Shown here: positions 1 to 8,149 of the stretch, in pieces
Position numbering within the stretch: position 1 is the first letter of the stretch
Layout: each line of letters opens with the position of its first letter
DNA from: a virus
Reading direction: 5' to 3' (one strand)
Virus genome (UHGV): UHGV-0430895
DNA length: 27,017 nt
Notes under the pieces: model-generated
Told to the model about the DNA's origin: nothing
Seen by the model: only the letters and a program-made list of their open reading frames with translations
Databases searched by the model: none
Program-made: the position numbers and the translations under genes

Positions 1-366
1 TCACAGTCCGATGATATCGTCTGCCCTGCCATGACCTCCGGACACTTCCGGCAACGTCGGGTCCGGCATACCACTCGCCGTTTCACTGACTGACTTCTGG
101 CGATGGCATTCGGTACAGAGCGTCCAGAGATTCATTTCCTCATTACCGCCACCAAACTGAAGTGCAATGCGGTGATCGAGTTCACTGTCACAAAGGTCAA
201 CCACGCGTCCACAAAGACAACAGTGTCCGGCATCCCTCAGCCAGATACGACGTTTGAGGGAAACCCGGGCACTGCCACTGACACGACGCTGTTCACCCTT
301 CAGGACATTTATCCGCCGGGTGTTCAGCGTTTTGATTCTGCCCGGTAACGTACGAAGCACAGCCAT
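1..366 (-). CDS. HNH homing-type endonuclease (phage, typically adjacent to terminase)
   Basis: Complete 121-aa ORF with His/Cys-rich HNH signature (HCCLCGR...DHRIAL...LWTLCTECHRQK). Position at the edge of the late region is typical of terminase-associated HNH proteins. Confidence 0.75.
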   Translation of the reverse strand: MAVLRTLPGRIKTLNTRRINVLKGEQRRVSGSARVSLKRRIWLRDAGHCCLCGRVVDLCDSELDHRIALQFGGGNEEMNLWTLCTECHRQKSVSETASGMPDPTLPEVSGGHGRADDIIGL

Positions 367-407
367 GTAAAATCCTCGCTATATAGCTTGTCACCCGAGG
401 AAAGAAA

Positions 408-608
408 ATGTCATCGAAAAACCGGACCCGCAGAACCACAACCCGCAATATCCGTTTCCCCAATCACATGATTGAACAGATCAATATCGCCCTTGAACAT
501 AAAGGTTCCGGTAACTTTTCAGCGTGGGTTATTGAAGCCTGCAGGAGAAGGCTGGCAACAGATGCAACGCATCTGCGCCCGGTCAGCATGACAAATAACG
601 AGAAATGA
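408..608 (+). CDS. ylcI: DUF3950/YlcI-like small prophage protein
   Basis: 66-aa ORF MSSKNRTRRTTTRNIRFPN...NFSAWVIEACRRRL resembles the E. coli YlcI family as I recall it. RBS GAGGAAAG lies upstream of the ATG. Confidence 0.55.
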   Translation: MSSKNRTRRTTTRNIRFPNHMIEQINIALEHKGSGNFSAWVIEACRRRLATDATHLRPVSMTNNEK

Positions 609-740
609 ACGTTCGGTTACAGGAGCAGATAACCACTGTCCTCCAACAATATTTCATCGTCATATCCGGCGGAACAAGACTTTACCTGCCGGGATGTACA
701 GAATCACAACACAGTGATAATTAGTTTCTGTTAAAAATAA

Positions 741-1067
741 TCAGGGCGCAGAAGGACTAAAGATAAATGTTTTATTCACGCCTTTACGCGGCTTGCCCTC
801 CTCAAATCGCCATTTTGCCATCGCCTTTACAACCTGGTCATCAAACAGATGGTGCGGTTCTGAACGGATAAACTCAATTCGGGTGACAGTACCATCAGCA
901 CCAATATCAAACTTCACATCAACCCGTCCCTTTATATAATTTGCCGCTGCATAGGCCGGATATTGTGGTAATGCCTTAACCAACTGTCGGGGCATATCTG
1001 TTTTATGTTGCGTACAGCCCATAACCAGAGAAGACAACAAAATAATTAACGGAAGATTTCTTTTCAT
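741..1067 (-). CDS. Lipoprotein with TonB C-terminal-like domain (prophage moron)
   Basis: Signal peptide with lipobox LVMGC. The mature part (LPQYPAYAAANYIKGRVDVKFDIGADGTVTRIEF...AMAKWRFEEGKP) aligns with the TonB C-terminal domain motif (PxYPxxAxxxxIEGxVxVxFDVxxDGRV...AxxxWRYEPG). ATG at 1067 chosen; the ORF-track start at 1076 is a GTG. Confidence 0.65.
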   Translation of the reverse strand: MKRNLPLIILLSSLVMGCTQHKTDMPRQLVKALPQYPAYAAANYIKGRVDVKFDIGADGTVTRIEFIRSEPHHLFDDQVVKAMAKWRFEEGKPRKGVNKTFIFSPSAP

Positions 1068-1081
1068 TCCCGGCACAGATA

Positions 1082-1098
1082 AGAATAAGTCTTATTCT
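1082..1098. promoter_or_regulatory. Perfect palindrome AGAATAAG-N-CTTATTCT immediately upstream of the TonB-like lipoprotein gene (candidate operator)
   Basis: 8+1+8 inverted repeat read directly from the sequence, about 15 nt upstream of the start codon. Confidence 0.4.
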
Positions 1099-1405
1099 AA
1101 CAATGCCACCCTGTCGGTCATCAATCCTCTGCTTAATGGCAACGACAATTGTCCGACTTAAATCACAAATCAGACACATGACATAACAGGGCTTGCGAGG
1201 TAACACATCGTCCGGCTTCTTCCACCATCGCACCGGACCAGCGACCATGAGGGGACAACGCCGCGCTCCGTTAACGCGGTAAACCCCGGTGTGTATCGTT
1301 TTTGATTACCCCCGCACACTCGCGCAGAGGAGTCTCCCTGTCGGGCTGCGGTCTCTGTTAATGCAGGAATACGGCGACAATACCGCGCATGGATAATAAG
1401 GTCAC

Positions 1406-1630
1406 TCAACACACTGGCTGTAATGCAGCGGATACCATGCGGCATTTAGCGGCATTCATCGTACACTCAACGGTTAGCGCTTCATTCGTGGCATTCACCT
1501 GAAAGGTCCGGGTGTGTAATTGCGTACATTTACCACTGAACGAACCTTCAACAAGAACACGACCACGCTGCAAAATACGGAACGGAATTGTTCCCTGAAA
1601 AGGCTTTACGGTTACCAGTAATTTCTTCAT
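1406..1630 (-). CDS. 74-aa hypothetical protein (paralog A), translationally coupled to Rz
   Basis: ATG overlaps the Rz stop (ATGA overlap) and a GGAGG SD precedes it. N-terminal 45 aa resemble the ORF at 8150..8374 (MKKLxVTxxPF...FRxxQ...VLVE..F.GK.T...AT.E...V). Confidence 0.6.
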   Translation of the reverse strand: MKKLLVTVKPFQGTIPFRILQRGRVLVEGSFSGKCTQLHTRTFQVNATNEALTVECTMNAAKCRMVSAALQPVC

Positions 1631-2121
1631 GTATCCTCCGGATAATAAAAAGCCAGCTTAGTGCACTGAGTGCGGATATATTCCTGCGCCCCTTCCAGCT
1701 GCTTCTGCATTGTCATCAACCGTTCTCTGAGGATGAAATAATCCCGTTCAGCGGTGTCTGCCAGTCGGGGGCCGGTTGCATTATCCACGCCGGAGGTGCC
1801 GGTGGCTTCACGCACGGTACCGGGGCAGGTGGCGTTGATCCGCAGGCGCTTACGACCAGCGGCAACATCAGCACGCAGAGTTTCATTTTCAGCTCTCGCA
1901 TCGGCTAATTCCCTCGAGTATTTTGCATCGAGCGCAGCAACATCGCGCTGGCGCTGCTGCATATCAGTAATGGTTGCGTTTGCCAGTTTCAGCTCACTGA
2001 CTTTTTTATCGCGCTGCGCTTTGTAGGTAATGGCGTTATCGCGGTAATGATTCAGCCCCAGACTAAGCGCACCACAGGCCACCAGCAGGGCAATGATGAC
2101 CACACACAGAACGCGGTTCAT
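1627..2121 (-). CDS. Rz: Rz i-spanin (inner-membrane spanin subunit)
   Basis: 164 aa with N-terminal TM segment and coiled-coil periplasmic domain. Contains an embedded +1-frame proline-rich lipoprotein ORF (Rz1), the classic Rz/Rz1 architecture. Sits downstream of endolysin. Confidence 0.85.
   Translation of the reverse strand: MNRVLCVVIIALLVACGALSLGLNHYRDNAITYKAQRDKKVSELKLANATITDMQQRQRDVAALDAKYSRELADARAENETLRADVAAGRKRLRINATCPGTVREATGTSGVDNATGPRLADTAERDYFILRERLMTMQKQLEGAQEYIRTQCTKLAFYYPEDT
1716..1886 (-). CDS. Rz1: Rz1 o-spanin (outer-membrane lipoprotein, embedded in Rz)
   Basis: [17 protein letters not shown] lipobox followed by a proline-rich sequence ([16 protein letters not shown]), entirely inside Rz in another frame. 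Confidence 0.8.
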   Translation of the reverse strand: MKLCVLMLPLVVSACGSTPPAPVPCVKPPAPPAWIMQPAPDWQTPLNGIISSSENG

Positions 2122-2128
2122 ATCCCCC

Positions 2129-2260
2129 TCACCCCACCAGCCCTGCCGAAGTCAACGCCATCCAGGCTACGGAAAGAAAAAGAGCAACCAGCATTAGTGA
2201 AAATGAAATGCCGACAATCACACAAATGGTCTTTGTCAGCGTTATGAGTTTGTCTGACAT
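2129..2260 (-). CDS. Candidate 43-aa small membrane protein upstream of Rz (below ORF-track cutoff)
   Basis: ATG at 2258-2260 (complement) preceded by AAGGGG. Translation [43 protein letters not shown]. Its stop lies 7 nt before the Rz ATG and overlaps the Rz SD. Confidence 0.4.
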   Translation of the reverse strand: MSDKLITLTKTICVIVGISFSLMLVALFLSVAWMALTSAGLVG

Positions 2261-2354
2261 CTTTACCCCTTAATAGCAGTAATTAACCGGGCAACCACCC
2301 ATAAAAACGGAATCAGCCAGACCAGCAAAAATTTCCAGTCCATTTTTATCATCT

Positions 2355-3050
2355 TCATGCTGCGGTAGCTCTCCATGCAGCAAGCAGACCAGCAATCCAC
2401 TGAACACCTTTTGGGGTGAATTTAACCTGCGTAAAAGCATGACCATTGCCCGCCTCGCCCGTTTTCACGCTAAACCGCCCCGCATCCAGGTGATGCGAGT
2501 AAGGCGTCATTTTTCCAGCGAGGCGATACATTATTCCGTTCTCCAACAAAAACAGCCGGAAATCGGTTTCTTTGATACCGAATAACTTAGCAACTTCCCG
2601 GAATCCCATCAGACCAGATGCTTCAACATAGTTATCAACAAATTCAGCCTTCGGCGCTGCTATTGCCAGTTGATTTTCCAGCTCTGCTTTCTGTTCTGCC
2701 AGTTTTGCCGCAAATCGCAACGCCTCAGGTAAAGTCCGGGGGATCTGAATACCATGCATCGCTTTGAGTCTTGCCAGCACAGAACGACGAACGGCCTTTG
2801 ACTCCCTCATGCCAACGAGCATCATCTGGTCAAAATCCAGATCATAGTATGCCGTTCTTGTCTGGTTATTGTTTAACCGGAATTTTTTCCAGGTTACCTC
2901 AAGCTCAAGTTCGTCCTCAATTTTTGCAAGGAACTTACGCGGTTCATGAGGTGGTTTCCCTGCCTCAACCCGGATGGGGTTAATAATGTTATTCAGAAAA
3001 TCCAGACTACTCATGGATATTTCATGATCGACAGAAATCATCTCTTTCAT
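2355..3050 (-). CDS. Phage antirepressor-like protein with KilA-C (ANT) domain
   Basis: The central/C-terminal region (LPEALRFAAKLAEQKAELENQLAIAAPKAEFVDNYVEASGLMGFREVAKLFGI) matches the KilA-C antirepressor domain pattern. A gene at this position between R and Rz is known in Stx-type phages. Confidence 0.6.
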   Translation of the reverse strand: MKEMISVDHEISMSSLDFLNNIINPIRVEAGKPPHEPRKFLAKIEDELELEVTWKKFRLNNNQTRTAYYDLDFDQMMLVGMRESKAVRRSVLARLKAMHGIQIPRTLPEALRFAAKLAEQKAELENQLAIAAPKAEFVDNYVEASGLMGFREVAKLFGIKETDFRLFLLENGIMYRLAGKMTPYSHHLDAGRFSVKTGEAGNGHAFTQVKFTPKGVQWIAGLLAAWRATAA

Positions 3051-3322
3051 GGTTGATTCCTTTTAGTGATGAACCCTGCGCACAGGAATAACCAGCCCAA
3101 AGAGGGTTAACCAAACCACTGCCGGTTATCCACCAGGGCTCATCCTGAAAGGTTCTTTGGTTTATTTACGCTTGTGCGAAGCGCAGAAATGACAAAGGCA
3201 CCATTACGGTGCCTCTGCGTGAAATAATGATCATGACTTTATCCACTTACATTTTGCCAGTTCGCAGGATTTCGTGTTATCCGTCCGCGTGAGTAAACGT
3301 CATTTTTCAGCAAAATATTCTG

Positions 3323-3856
3323 CTATCTGTCGATGTCCCAGCACGCCAGCGCACTTTCCTGGTCACGACGGGATACCTGACCGTAGCAGTTATTTGAGCG
3401 GATACGGCAGTCTCTGCCACCGTCCTTAATCCACCAGCGAATCGCTTCGCAGGCACCTTTTCGATCACCTGCATTAATTCGTTTATAAAACGTCGACGGA
3501 AAACACTTACCGGGGCCAATGTTGTACGGACAGAATGACGCGATCCCCGCTTTCTGGGGTTCGGTCAGTGGCACTTTGATGTTTTTCTCCACCCATGCCA
3601 GCGCCTTATCACGTTCAATGCCATTAACCTGGTCGCATTTTTCCTCCGACAACTTCATGCCCGGAACGACAGGTTTACCATCCACCAGGATGGCACCGCG
3701 GCAGATAGTCCAGATACCCGCACCATCACGGTATGCCGTGGTGTGGTTACCTTCCTTTTCATCCAGAAACTGGTCAAGAATGTCAGGCGCAGAAGCACCT
3801 GCGGCAATCAGCGCCAGAACCGCAGCCGATAAACCATAACGGACTTTCTGACTCAC
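3323..3856 (-). CDS. R: SAR endolysin (T4-lysozyme-like muramidase, phage 21 R-type)
   Basis: N-terminal G/A/S-rich signal-anchor-release segment (GLSAAVLALIAAGASA), then an E...D...T catalytic motif (EKEGNHTTAYRDGAGIWT) as in P21 lysozyme. Immediately downstream of the pinholin. Confidence 0.85.
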   Translation of the reverse strand: MSQKVRYGLSAAVLALIAAGASAPDILDQFLDEKEGNHTTAYRDGAGIWTICRGAILVDGKPVVPGMKLSEEKCDQVNGIERDKALAWVEKNIKVPLTEPQKAGIASFCPYNIGPGKCFPSTFYKRINAGDRKGACEAIRWWIKDGGRDCRIRSNNCYGQVSRRDQESALACWDIDR

Positions 3857-3860
3857 CGTC

Positions 3861-4076
3861 TCACTCTCCCCGGGCTGCCTTACGACGATCCTCTCTGATT
3901 TTGAAATACAGATTAGTGAGGTATGTCAGCAAACCAAAAAACAGACTCCCCAGCACTCCAATAGCCGTCCACTGTGAGGGCGTGACATTATCCAGTATCT
4001 GAAACAACCAGTATCCCGTCCCCGCCGCCGATGTGCTGTACGACACACCCGTTGCTATTTTTTCCATCTGATACAT
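3861..4076 (-). CDS. S: Pinholin, S21-type, with dual start (antiholin 71 aa / holin 68 aa)
   Basis: [26 protein letters not shown]...[12 protein letters not shown]...[22 protein letters not shown] is near-identical in pattern to phage 21 S21-68/71. Met1 and Met4 give the dual-start motif. Confidence 0.85.
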   Translation of the reverse strand: MYQMEKIATGVSYSTSAAGTGYWLFQILDNVTPSQWTAIGVLGSLFFGLLTYLTNLYFKIREDRRKAARGE

Positions 4077-4156
4077 GCCCTCGCCTCCCGACTGACGGAA
4101 GTCCGCAGAAACAACAGGGTCACCCGCCTCCTGACCGGTGACCTGCATATCACCCC

Positions 4157-4381
4157 TTACTGAGGCATGAAAGGGTCAGCTGCCGGTTGTTCCGGCTCAG
4201 GCAAGCCCCCTGACGCTTCAGCTGGCGCACCTGTCAGCTCTGCCAGAATCGCATCCACCTCCGCATCTATCTGCGCCTCAAAGGTTGCACGAATTTTTTG
4301 TTTCAGGACGCTGCTCACTTCTTCAGAGCGCAGCGCATCCTTCACTGCTTCTGCAGTGACCAGTTTATTAATATCACTCAT
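4157..4381 (-). CDS. 74-aa hypothetical acidic protein upstream of holin
   Basis: ORF from internal Met [22 protein letters not shown]...; the long ORF-track version has an implausible Cys-rich N-terminus. No family recognised. Confidence 0.4.
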   Translation of the reverse strand: MSDINKLVTAEAVKDALRSEEVSSVLKQKIRATFEAQIDAEVDAILAELTGAPAEASGGLPEPEQPAADPFMPQ

Positions 4382-4406
4382 GAGATTTTCTCGTTTACGG
4401 GAAAGG

Positions 4407-4571
4407 TTACTGAAGGGAACTGTCCTGCTGCCCGGCACTGATTTTTTCAGCGGCCCTTTTGTCAATCTGGCTACGCCAGAAATTACGGACAGCTTTAAAA
4501 CCACCGGAAAGCAGCACCAGCACACACACCACCGTACAGAAGTACAGCAGGAATTGTTGAATAAAAGTCAT
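4407..4571 (-). CDS. Candidate 54-aa small membrane protein (below ORF-track cutoff)
   Basis: ATG at 4569-4571 (complement) with GGTGGA SD. Translation MTFIQQFLLYFCTVVCVLVLLSGGFKAVRNFWRSQIDKRAAEKISAGQQDSSLQ has an N-terminal TM helix and a charged tail. Confidence 0.4.
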   Translation of the reverse strand: MTFIQQFLLYFCTVVCVLVLLSGGFKAVRNFWRSQIDKRAAEKISAGQQDSSLQ

Positions 4572-4655
4572 CGTTCCACCGTATTGTGCATAATGATGAA
4601 AAACGTCAGAATAAACATGACTTCATAGACACTAATGTCATTTGCTTTCTTCTTT

Positions 4656-4687
4656 GCCCCTCCCGGGACACCGGAGGGGCTTTTTTT
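4656..4687 (+). terminator. Intrinsic terminator oriented for the plus strand (GCCCCTCC-loop-GGAGGGGC + T7)
   Basis: Perfect 8-bp GC stem followed by TTTTTTT on the plus strand only. It lies at the 3' end of minus-strand nanS-p, with no plus-strand gene upstream. Confidence 0.5.
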
Positions 4688-4695
4688 GCTTACCG

Positions 4696-6609
4696 TCAGG
4701 CTGCCGGGCTGTTCACTTCCACTGTCAGCGTGTCAATCCACGTTTCATACGTGGCTGTATTCGACGCATCCGTCAGAATAAGCGTGTTTTCCTGTCCTTC
4801 ATATTTAAAACAGGACAGCTGTGTGGTCGGGGCTTTTACCGTATCCACGTATGGCGTCACCGTGTTCTGGCCTCCTCCCGGATATACCAGCTCCAGTGTG
4901 TGCCATTCACTGTTCAGCGTACCGTATCCCGCAACACGCGTCTGCGCTGCACCATTGTGCATCAGACTGAGTTTGCCATCCGTTTCTGTCTGCAGATAGA
5001 ACGCCACCAGGAACGGATGGGTACCGTCCGCCTTATTGGCAAATTCCACACCTTCCGGGATATCGTTTTCCTTCAGCTGCAGATACATCGCCAGGGCTAT
5101 CTGTTTTCCGTTCGCACTCCCTGGTATTTTAAAGCGACAGGTGATTTTGCCGCCGTTTTTCAGCAGTTCCGCCGCATTTGCCACTTCACGGGTCAGCTTC
5201 AGGTTCATTGCTTCATCCTGGCTCAGTTTCAGCGCCCGCCCGGAAGTACTGCTTTCATCCTGTACCACTTCCGCCTTACCTTCGCTCAGCGTCCAGCCCT
5301 GTTCGGCATAAGCACCTTCACTTTCTGCACCGCTGTACAGGGTGGTAACGTTACTCTTCGGTTTTGCCGGTTCCGGATAGTTTTCCGTTATATCTCCACC
5401 GGCAAGGAACGGTCCGTTACGCCCTGCATGGGTCAGGATTGCGGTGGCTATACGGTCCGGCAGGATGCCGCGACGGGCCCAGGAACTGAAATGCATGGCG
5501 CGTGTCGGGTTCGTCCAGTTACCCGCCGTGCGTGATGCTGCACCGTAATAATTTGCTTCGGGCACATCCGGATCTTCTGCCGGGTTATTGGTCGGAACAT
5601 TCGCACCGGTCTCATCCTTCATGAGTTCGACAAAATGCACATTCGGCTCACTGTTTTTACGGTACGCGCCATAAACCAGGCTGTATTGTGTCGGGTACTG
5701 CTGCTTCCACCAGAAGGTGGTATCACCACATACCCACGGTACGCGGGCCGCATCACCACCCAGACACTGACCGGCATATGCCGCCAGATCGGTACGGAAC
5801 TGCTTCACCATGGCCGTAAACAACGCCGGATGCCCCGTGTAACCTGAAGACATACAGTCACCCTCGCCCTGCATCCAGTACACGGCCAGCAGGACGTTTT
5901 TCGCGTTCTTTTCAAGGGCGGCCTTCGTGCGGGCAATTAAATCCATGTACAACGGTTTACCCACACCCCAGCGGGAGGAATCCGCTGTTGCCCCCGTCTC
6001 CGGGTTATAGGTACCCTCATCACGATCGGTAAACGCAGAGCCGCCACGACTGCACGGCACAATCAGGATCCCCGCATTAACCGGAATATAGGGCAGAAGA
6101 CGTTTGGCAATATGCAGGCCGTGCCCGACACAACCATACTGACCACGGGAAAGGTCCGCGTTGGGGTGATTTTTGGCACTCATGTCTTCAACGTCATGGA
6201 GACAGTGATCGGCCTCAATCACATCGTTGTATTTACAGGCAGCACCACCCGGTCGGACCACACTGCGGCGGGCCAGCTGCTTAATGCGTGGATCGGGACG
6301 GTCGTAGCTGTCAGGCAGGGGCATACCTTCGCCGGTTGCCATATTGTTGGACTGACCTGCGGTGACCAGCACATAGTAATATTCAGGCTCACGGGTCGGC
6401 TCGCTCACCACCGCACCGCCTTCCTCCGGTGTCACCACGACAGGCGTGGTGACATCCCCTTCTGCGGCAATCGCCTGCATCAGGGTATAAGGGGTAATGG
6501 CGACCGGGCTGCCAAACGGCTGCCAGCCTTCCTTCAGTTTTTGAGTCAGTCGCTCCGCAAGGTCTGACGGCGACGCCGCCCTGACCACGTCATAGTGTTT
6601 AAATGCCAT
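4696..6609 (-). CDS. nanS-p: NanS-p type 9-O-acetyl-sialic acid esterase (DUF1737 N-terminal domain + SASA/SGNH esterase)
   Basis: 637 aa; N-terminus MAFKHYDVV...LKEGWQPFGSPV (DUF1737) and central GQSNNMATG esterase motif. This is the gene normally found between stxB and S in Stx phages. Confidence 0.8.
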   Translation of the reverse strand: MAFKHYDVVRAASPSDLAERLTQKLKEGWQPFGSPVAITPYTLMQAIAAEGDVTTPVVVTPEEGGAVVSEPTREPEYYYVLVTAGQSNNMATGEGMPLPDSYDRPDPRIKQLARRSVVRPGGAACKYNDVIEADHCLHDVEDMSAKNHPNADLSRGQYGCVGHGLHIAKRLLPYIPVNAGILIVPCSRGGSAFTDRDEGTYNPETGATADSSRWGVGKPLYMDLIARTKAALEKNAKNVLLAVYWMQGEGDCMSSGYTGHPALFTAMVKQFRTDLAAYAGQCLGGDAARVPWVCGDTTFWWKQQYPTQYSLVYGAYRKNSEPNVHFVELMKDETGANVPTNNPAEDPDVPEANYYGAASRTAGNWTNPTRAMHFSSWARRGILPDRIATAILTHAGRNGPFLAGGDITENYPEPAKPKSNVTTLYSGAESEGAYAEQGWTLSEGKAEVVQDESSTSGRALKLSQDEAMNLKLTREVANAAELLKNGGKITCRFKIPGSANGKQIALAMYLQLKENDIPEGVEFANKADGTHPFLVAFYLQTETDGKLSLMHNGAAQTRVAGYGTLNSEWHTLELVYPGGGQNTVTPYVDTVKAPTTQLSCFKYEGQENTLILTDASNTATYETWIDTLTVEVNSPAA

Positions 6610-6805
6610 GAATCCTCCAGGTCGGGATAATGTTGTGAGTCAGATGAGGGGCGGGCTGAAGTCCGGAAGTTACAGGACAATGGCAGGAGGAAGACTACAG
6701 CCCGCAATACGAAAAAGGCCGCGCAGTTGCGCAGAGTGATTACTGTCGGGTATTATTCGCCAGCTGAAAAATTGATTACTTCACGTTTTGTTGTTTATTC
6801 CTTGC

Positions 6806-6834
6806 TGCCCGCATCTCACCATGCGGGCTTTTTT
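6806..6834 (+). terminator. Intrinsic terminator oriented for the plus strand (GCCCGCAT-loop-ATGCGGGC + T7)
   Basis: Stem-loop followed by TTTTTTT, read directly. It sits in a 500-bp ORF-free gap at the stx-equivalent position. A second palindrome AGCCCCTCCGGAGAGGGGCT lies at 6847..6866. Confidence 0.5.
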
Positions 6835-7108
6835 TATCCATAAGAAAGCCCCTCCGGAGAGGGGCTGACGCTGCGTATCTGTATCATCATGCGCATGGTG
6901 CCGGGTGCCTCCCGGTGAGTTCAGTATCAGCACCTGAACCCGCACAGAAAGGATAAGGCTAAACGAAAACACCTGTACTGATATGCCCCGCCGCTGAGGG
7001 GGATTCACCATGCGACGCGATTTTTAACAAATTCGCAGTCAGTCAGACAATAATCAACTTGCTGAATTGTGAGGTATTTAAAAATTTCACCAGCTAACTG
7101 ATACCAGG

Positions 7109-7273
7109 CTAACCGTCTGGTGTTTTCTTTTTCAGCAACGGGAAAACAACAACCACAACACCAGCCACCAGCATCCCATCTGCCAGCACTGACATTATCC
7201 GGCTGCTGAAGTCCACCATCACGACAAGAAACAGCAGAACTACCACAATGGCCAGGCGCAGTTTTACCGTCAC
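7109..7273 (-). CDS. Candidate 54-aa two-TM membrane protein, translationally coupled to the TerB-like gene (below ORF-track cutoff)
   Basis: GTG start overlaps the TerB-like stop (GTGA overlap), with GGAG 8 nt upstream. Translation (M)TVKLRLAIVVVLLFLVVMVDFSSRIMSVLADGMLVAGVVVVVFPLLKKKTPDG, verified codon by codon. Confidence 0.45.
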   Translation of the reverse strand: MTVKLRLAIVVVLLFLVVMVDFSSRIMSVLADGMLVAGVVVVVFPLLKKKTPDG

Positions 7274-7701
7274 AGGTGATTCTCCAGACGAAGGCCCAGA
7301 ACACCGGCTATCTCTTCCAGCACCTTGCGCTCTTCCGGCTCAATTTCGCCATCTGATTCCGCAATGGCCACCGCCACATCCAGTACATCTTCCGCTTCTC
7401 GCATATCGTGTTTCACGTCCTCGATCTCACGTAACGCTGCACGACGACCTATTTTGAAGTTGGTGTCCAGCTGACCAGTGATGGTTGCGCTAATCGCATT
7501 AATTTCTGACGTAAACGCTGACAATGCAGGTTGGTTACGCAGTACCTGTTCGATCTTCGCTTTCTCGGAAGCCTCACACTCACCATCTGCATAAGCCACC
7601 AGGTATGCAGCGTTAATCACCGCCTGGGCCAGATCGCGTTTTTCAAACTTTTTAATTTCCGCTGCCGCTCTGCGGGTTTTCTTTTTGAAGATTCCAAACA
7701 T
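7270..7701 (-). CDS. TerB-like (tellurite-resistance TerB domain) protein, prophage moron
   Basis: 144 aa from MFGIFKKK. Helical, acidic, with AAYLVAYADGECEASEKAKIEQVL and IAESDGEIEPEERKVLEEIAGVLGL repeats typical of the TerB fold. Confidence 0.6.
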   Translation of the reverse strand: MFGIFKKKTRRAAAEIKKFEKRDLAQAVINAAYLVAYADGECEASEKAKIEQVLRNQPALSAFTSEINAISATITGQLDTNFKIGRRAALREIEDVKHDMREAEDVLDVAVAIAESDGEIEPEERKVLEEIAGVLGLRLENHL

Positions 7702-7833
7702 CGTGACGTTCCTTTGGGTGGGTGAGCCAACGCCCGGGAGCGATCTGCCCACAGAGAAAGTCACACTGACCACTCCGTAAGCTCACCCCCGAAAGGCTCT
7801 GTGGTTGATATGCGCCGGGCGTGGCGCGGATAC

Positions 7834-7856
7834 AAAAAAGGCCGCCAATAGCGACC
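7834..7856 (-). terminator. Intrinsic terminator (minus strand) downstream of the 68-aa ORF
   Basis: Minus-strand GGTCGC-TATTG-GCGGCC followed by TTTTTT. A near-identical copy lies at 8427..8450. Confidence 0.55.
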
Positions 7857-7890
7857 TCAGTTACGGGATTATTCTGGGGTTAAACGACTG

Positions 7891-8097
7891 TTACTCCCAG
7901 ACAAAATCATCACTTCCTGTTCGATGCGAGCCATAGTGAACCTCGTACTTATCTCCCATCTTTCTTGCTTCCGTTTCTGCGTCTTCCTCTGTCGCAAAAA
8001 CCCCAACAAGATGCCAGGGCGAGCTTCTTACCACAGCCCAACCTTTAACCCATCCTTTGTTGTCCTTATCTTCCATTAACACTTCAGAAACAAACAT
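7891..8097 (-). CDS. 68-aa hypothetical protein
   Basis: ORF MFVSEVLMEDKDNKGWVKGWAVV...; no family recognised. Bracketed by the two terminator copies together with the 8150..8374 ORF. Confidence 0.45.
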   Translation of the reverse strand: MFVSEVLMEDKDNKGWVKGWAVVRSSPWHLVGVFATEEDAETEARKMGDKYEVHYGSHRTGSDDFVWE

Positions 8098-8149
8098 ATT
8101 TATCTCCTTGTGGGTACCCGGAGATATTTTATGATTGCTCCCGGTCAGA

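Noticed and set aside
1003-1445. Minus-strand ORFs 1003..1248 and 1170..1445 between paralog A and the TonB-like gene
   Set aside because: They overlap real gene ends in other frames, lack an RBS and have Arg/Cys-rich composition; the interval is more likely untranslated.
4642-5535. 297-aa plus-strand ORF antisense to nanS-p
   Set aside because: It lies entirely within and opposite the well-supported nanS-p gene, has an Arg/Cys/His-rich low-complexity translation typical of antisense GC-rich frames, and has no RBS.
7005-7304. 99-aa minus-strand ORF overlapping the TerB-like 3' end
   Set aside because: Cys/Gly/Trp-rich, in a different frame from the hydrophobic coupled ORF, which has the better start context (GTGA overlap plus SD); likely a shadow frame.
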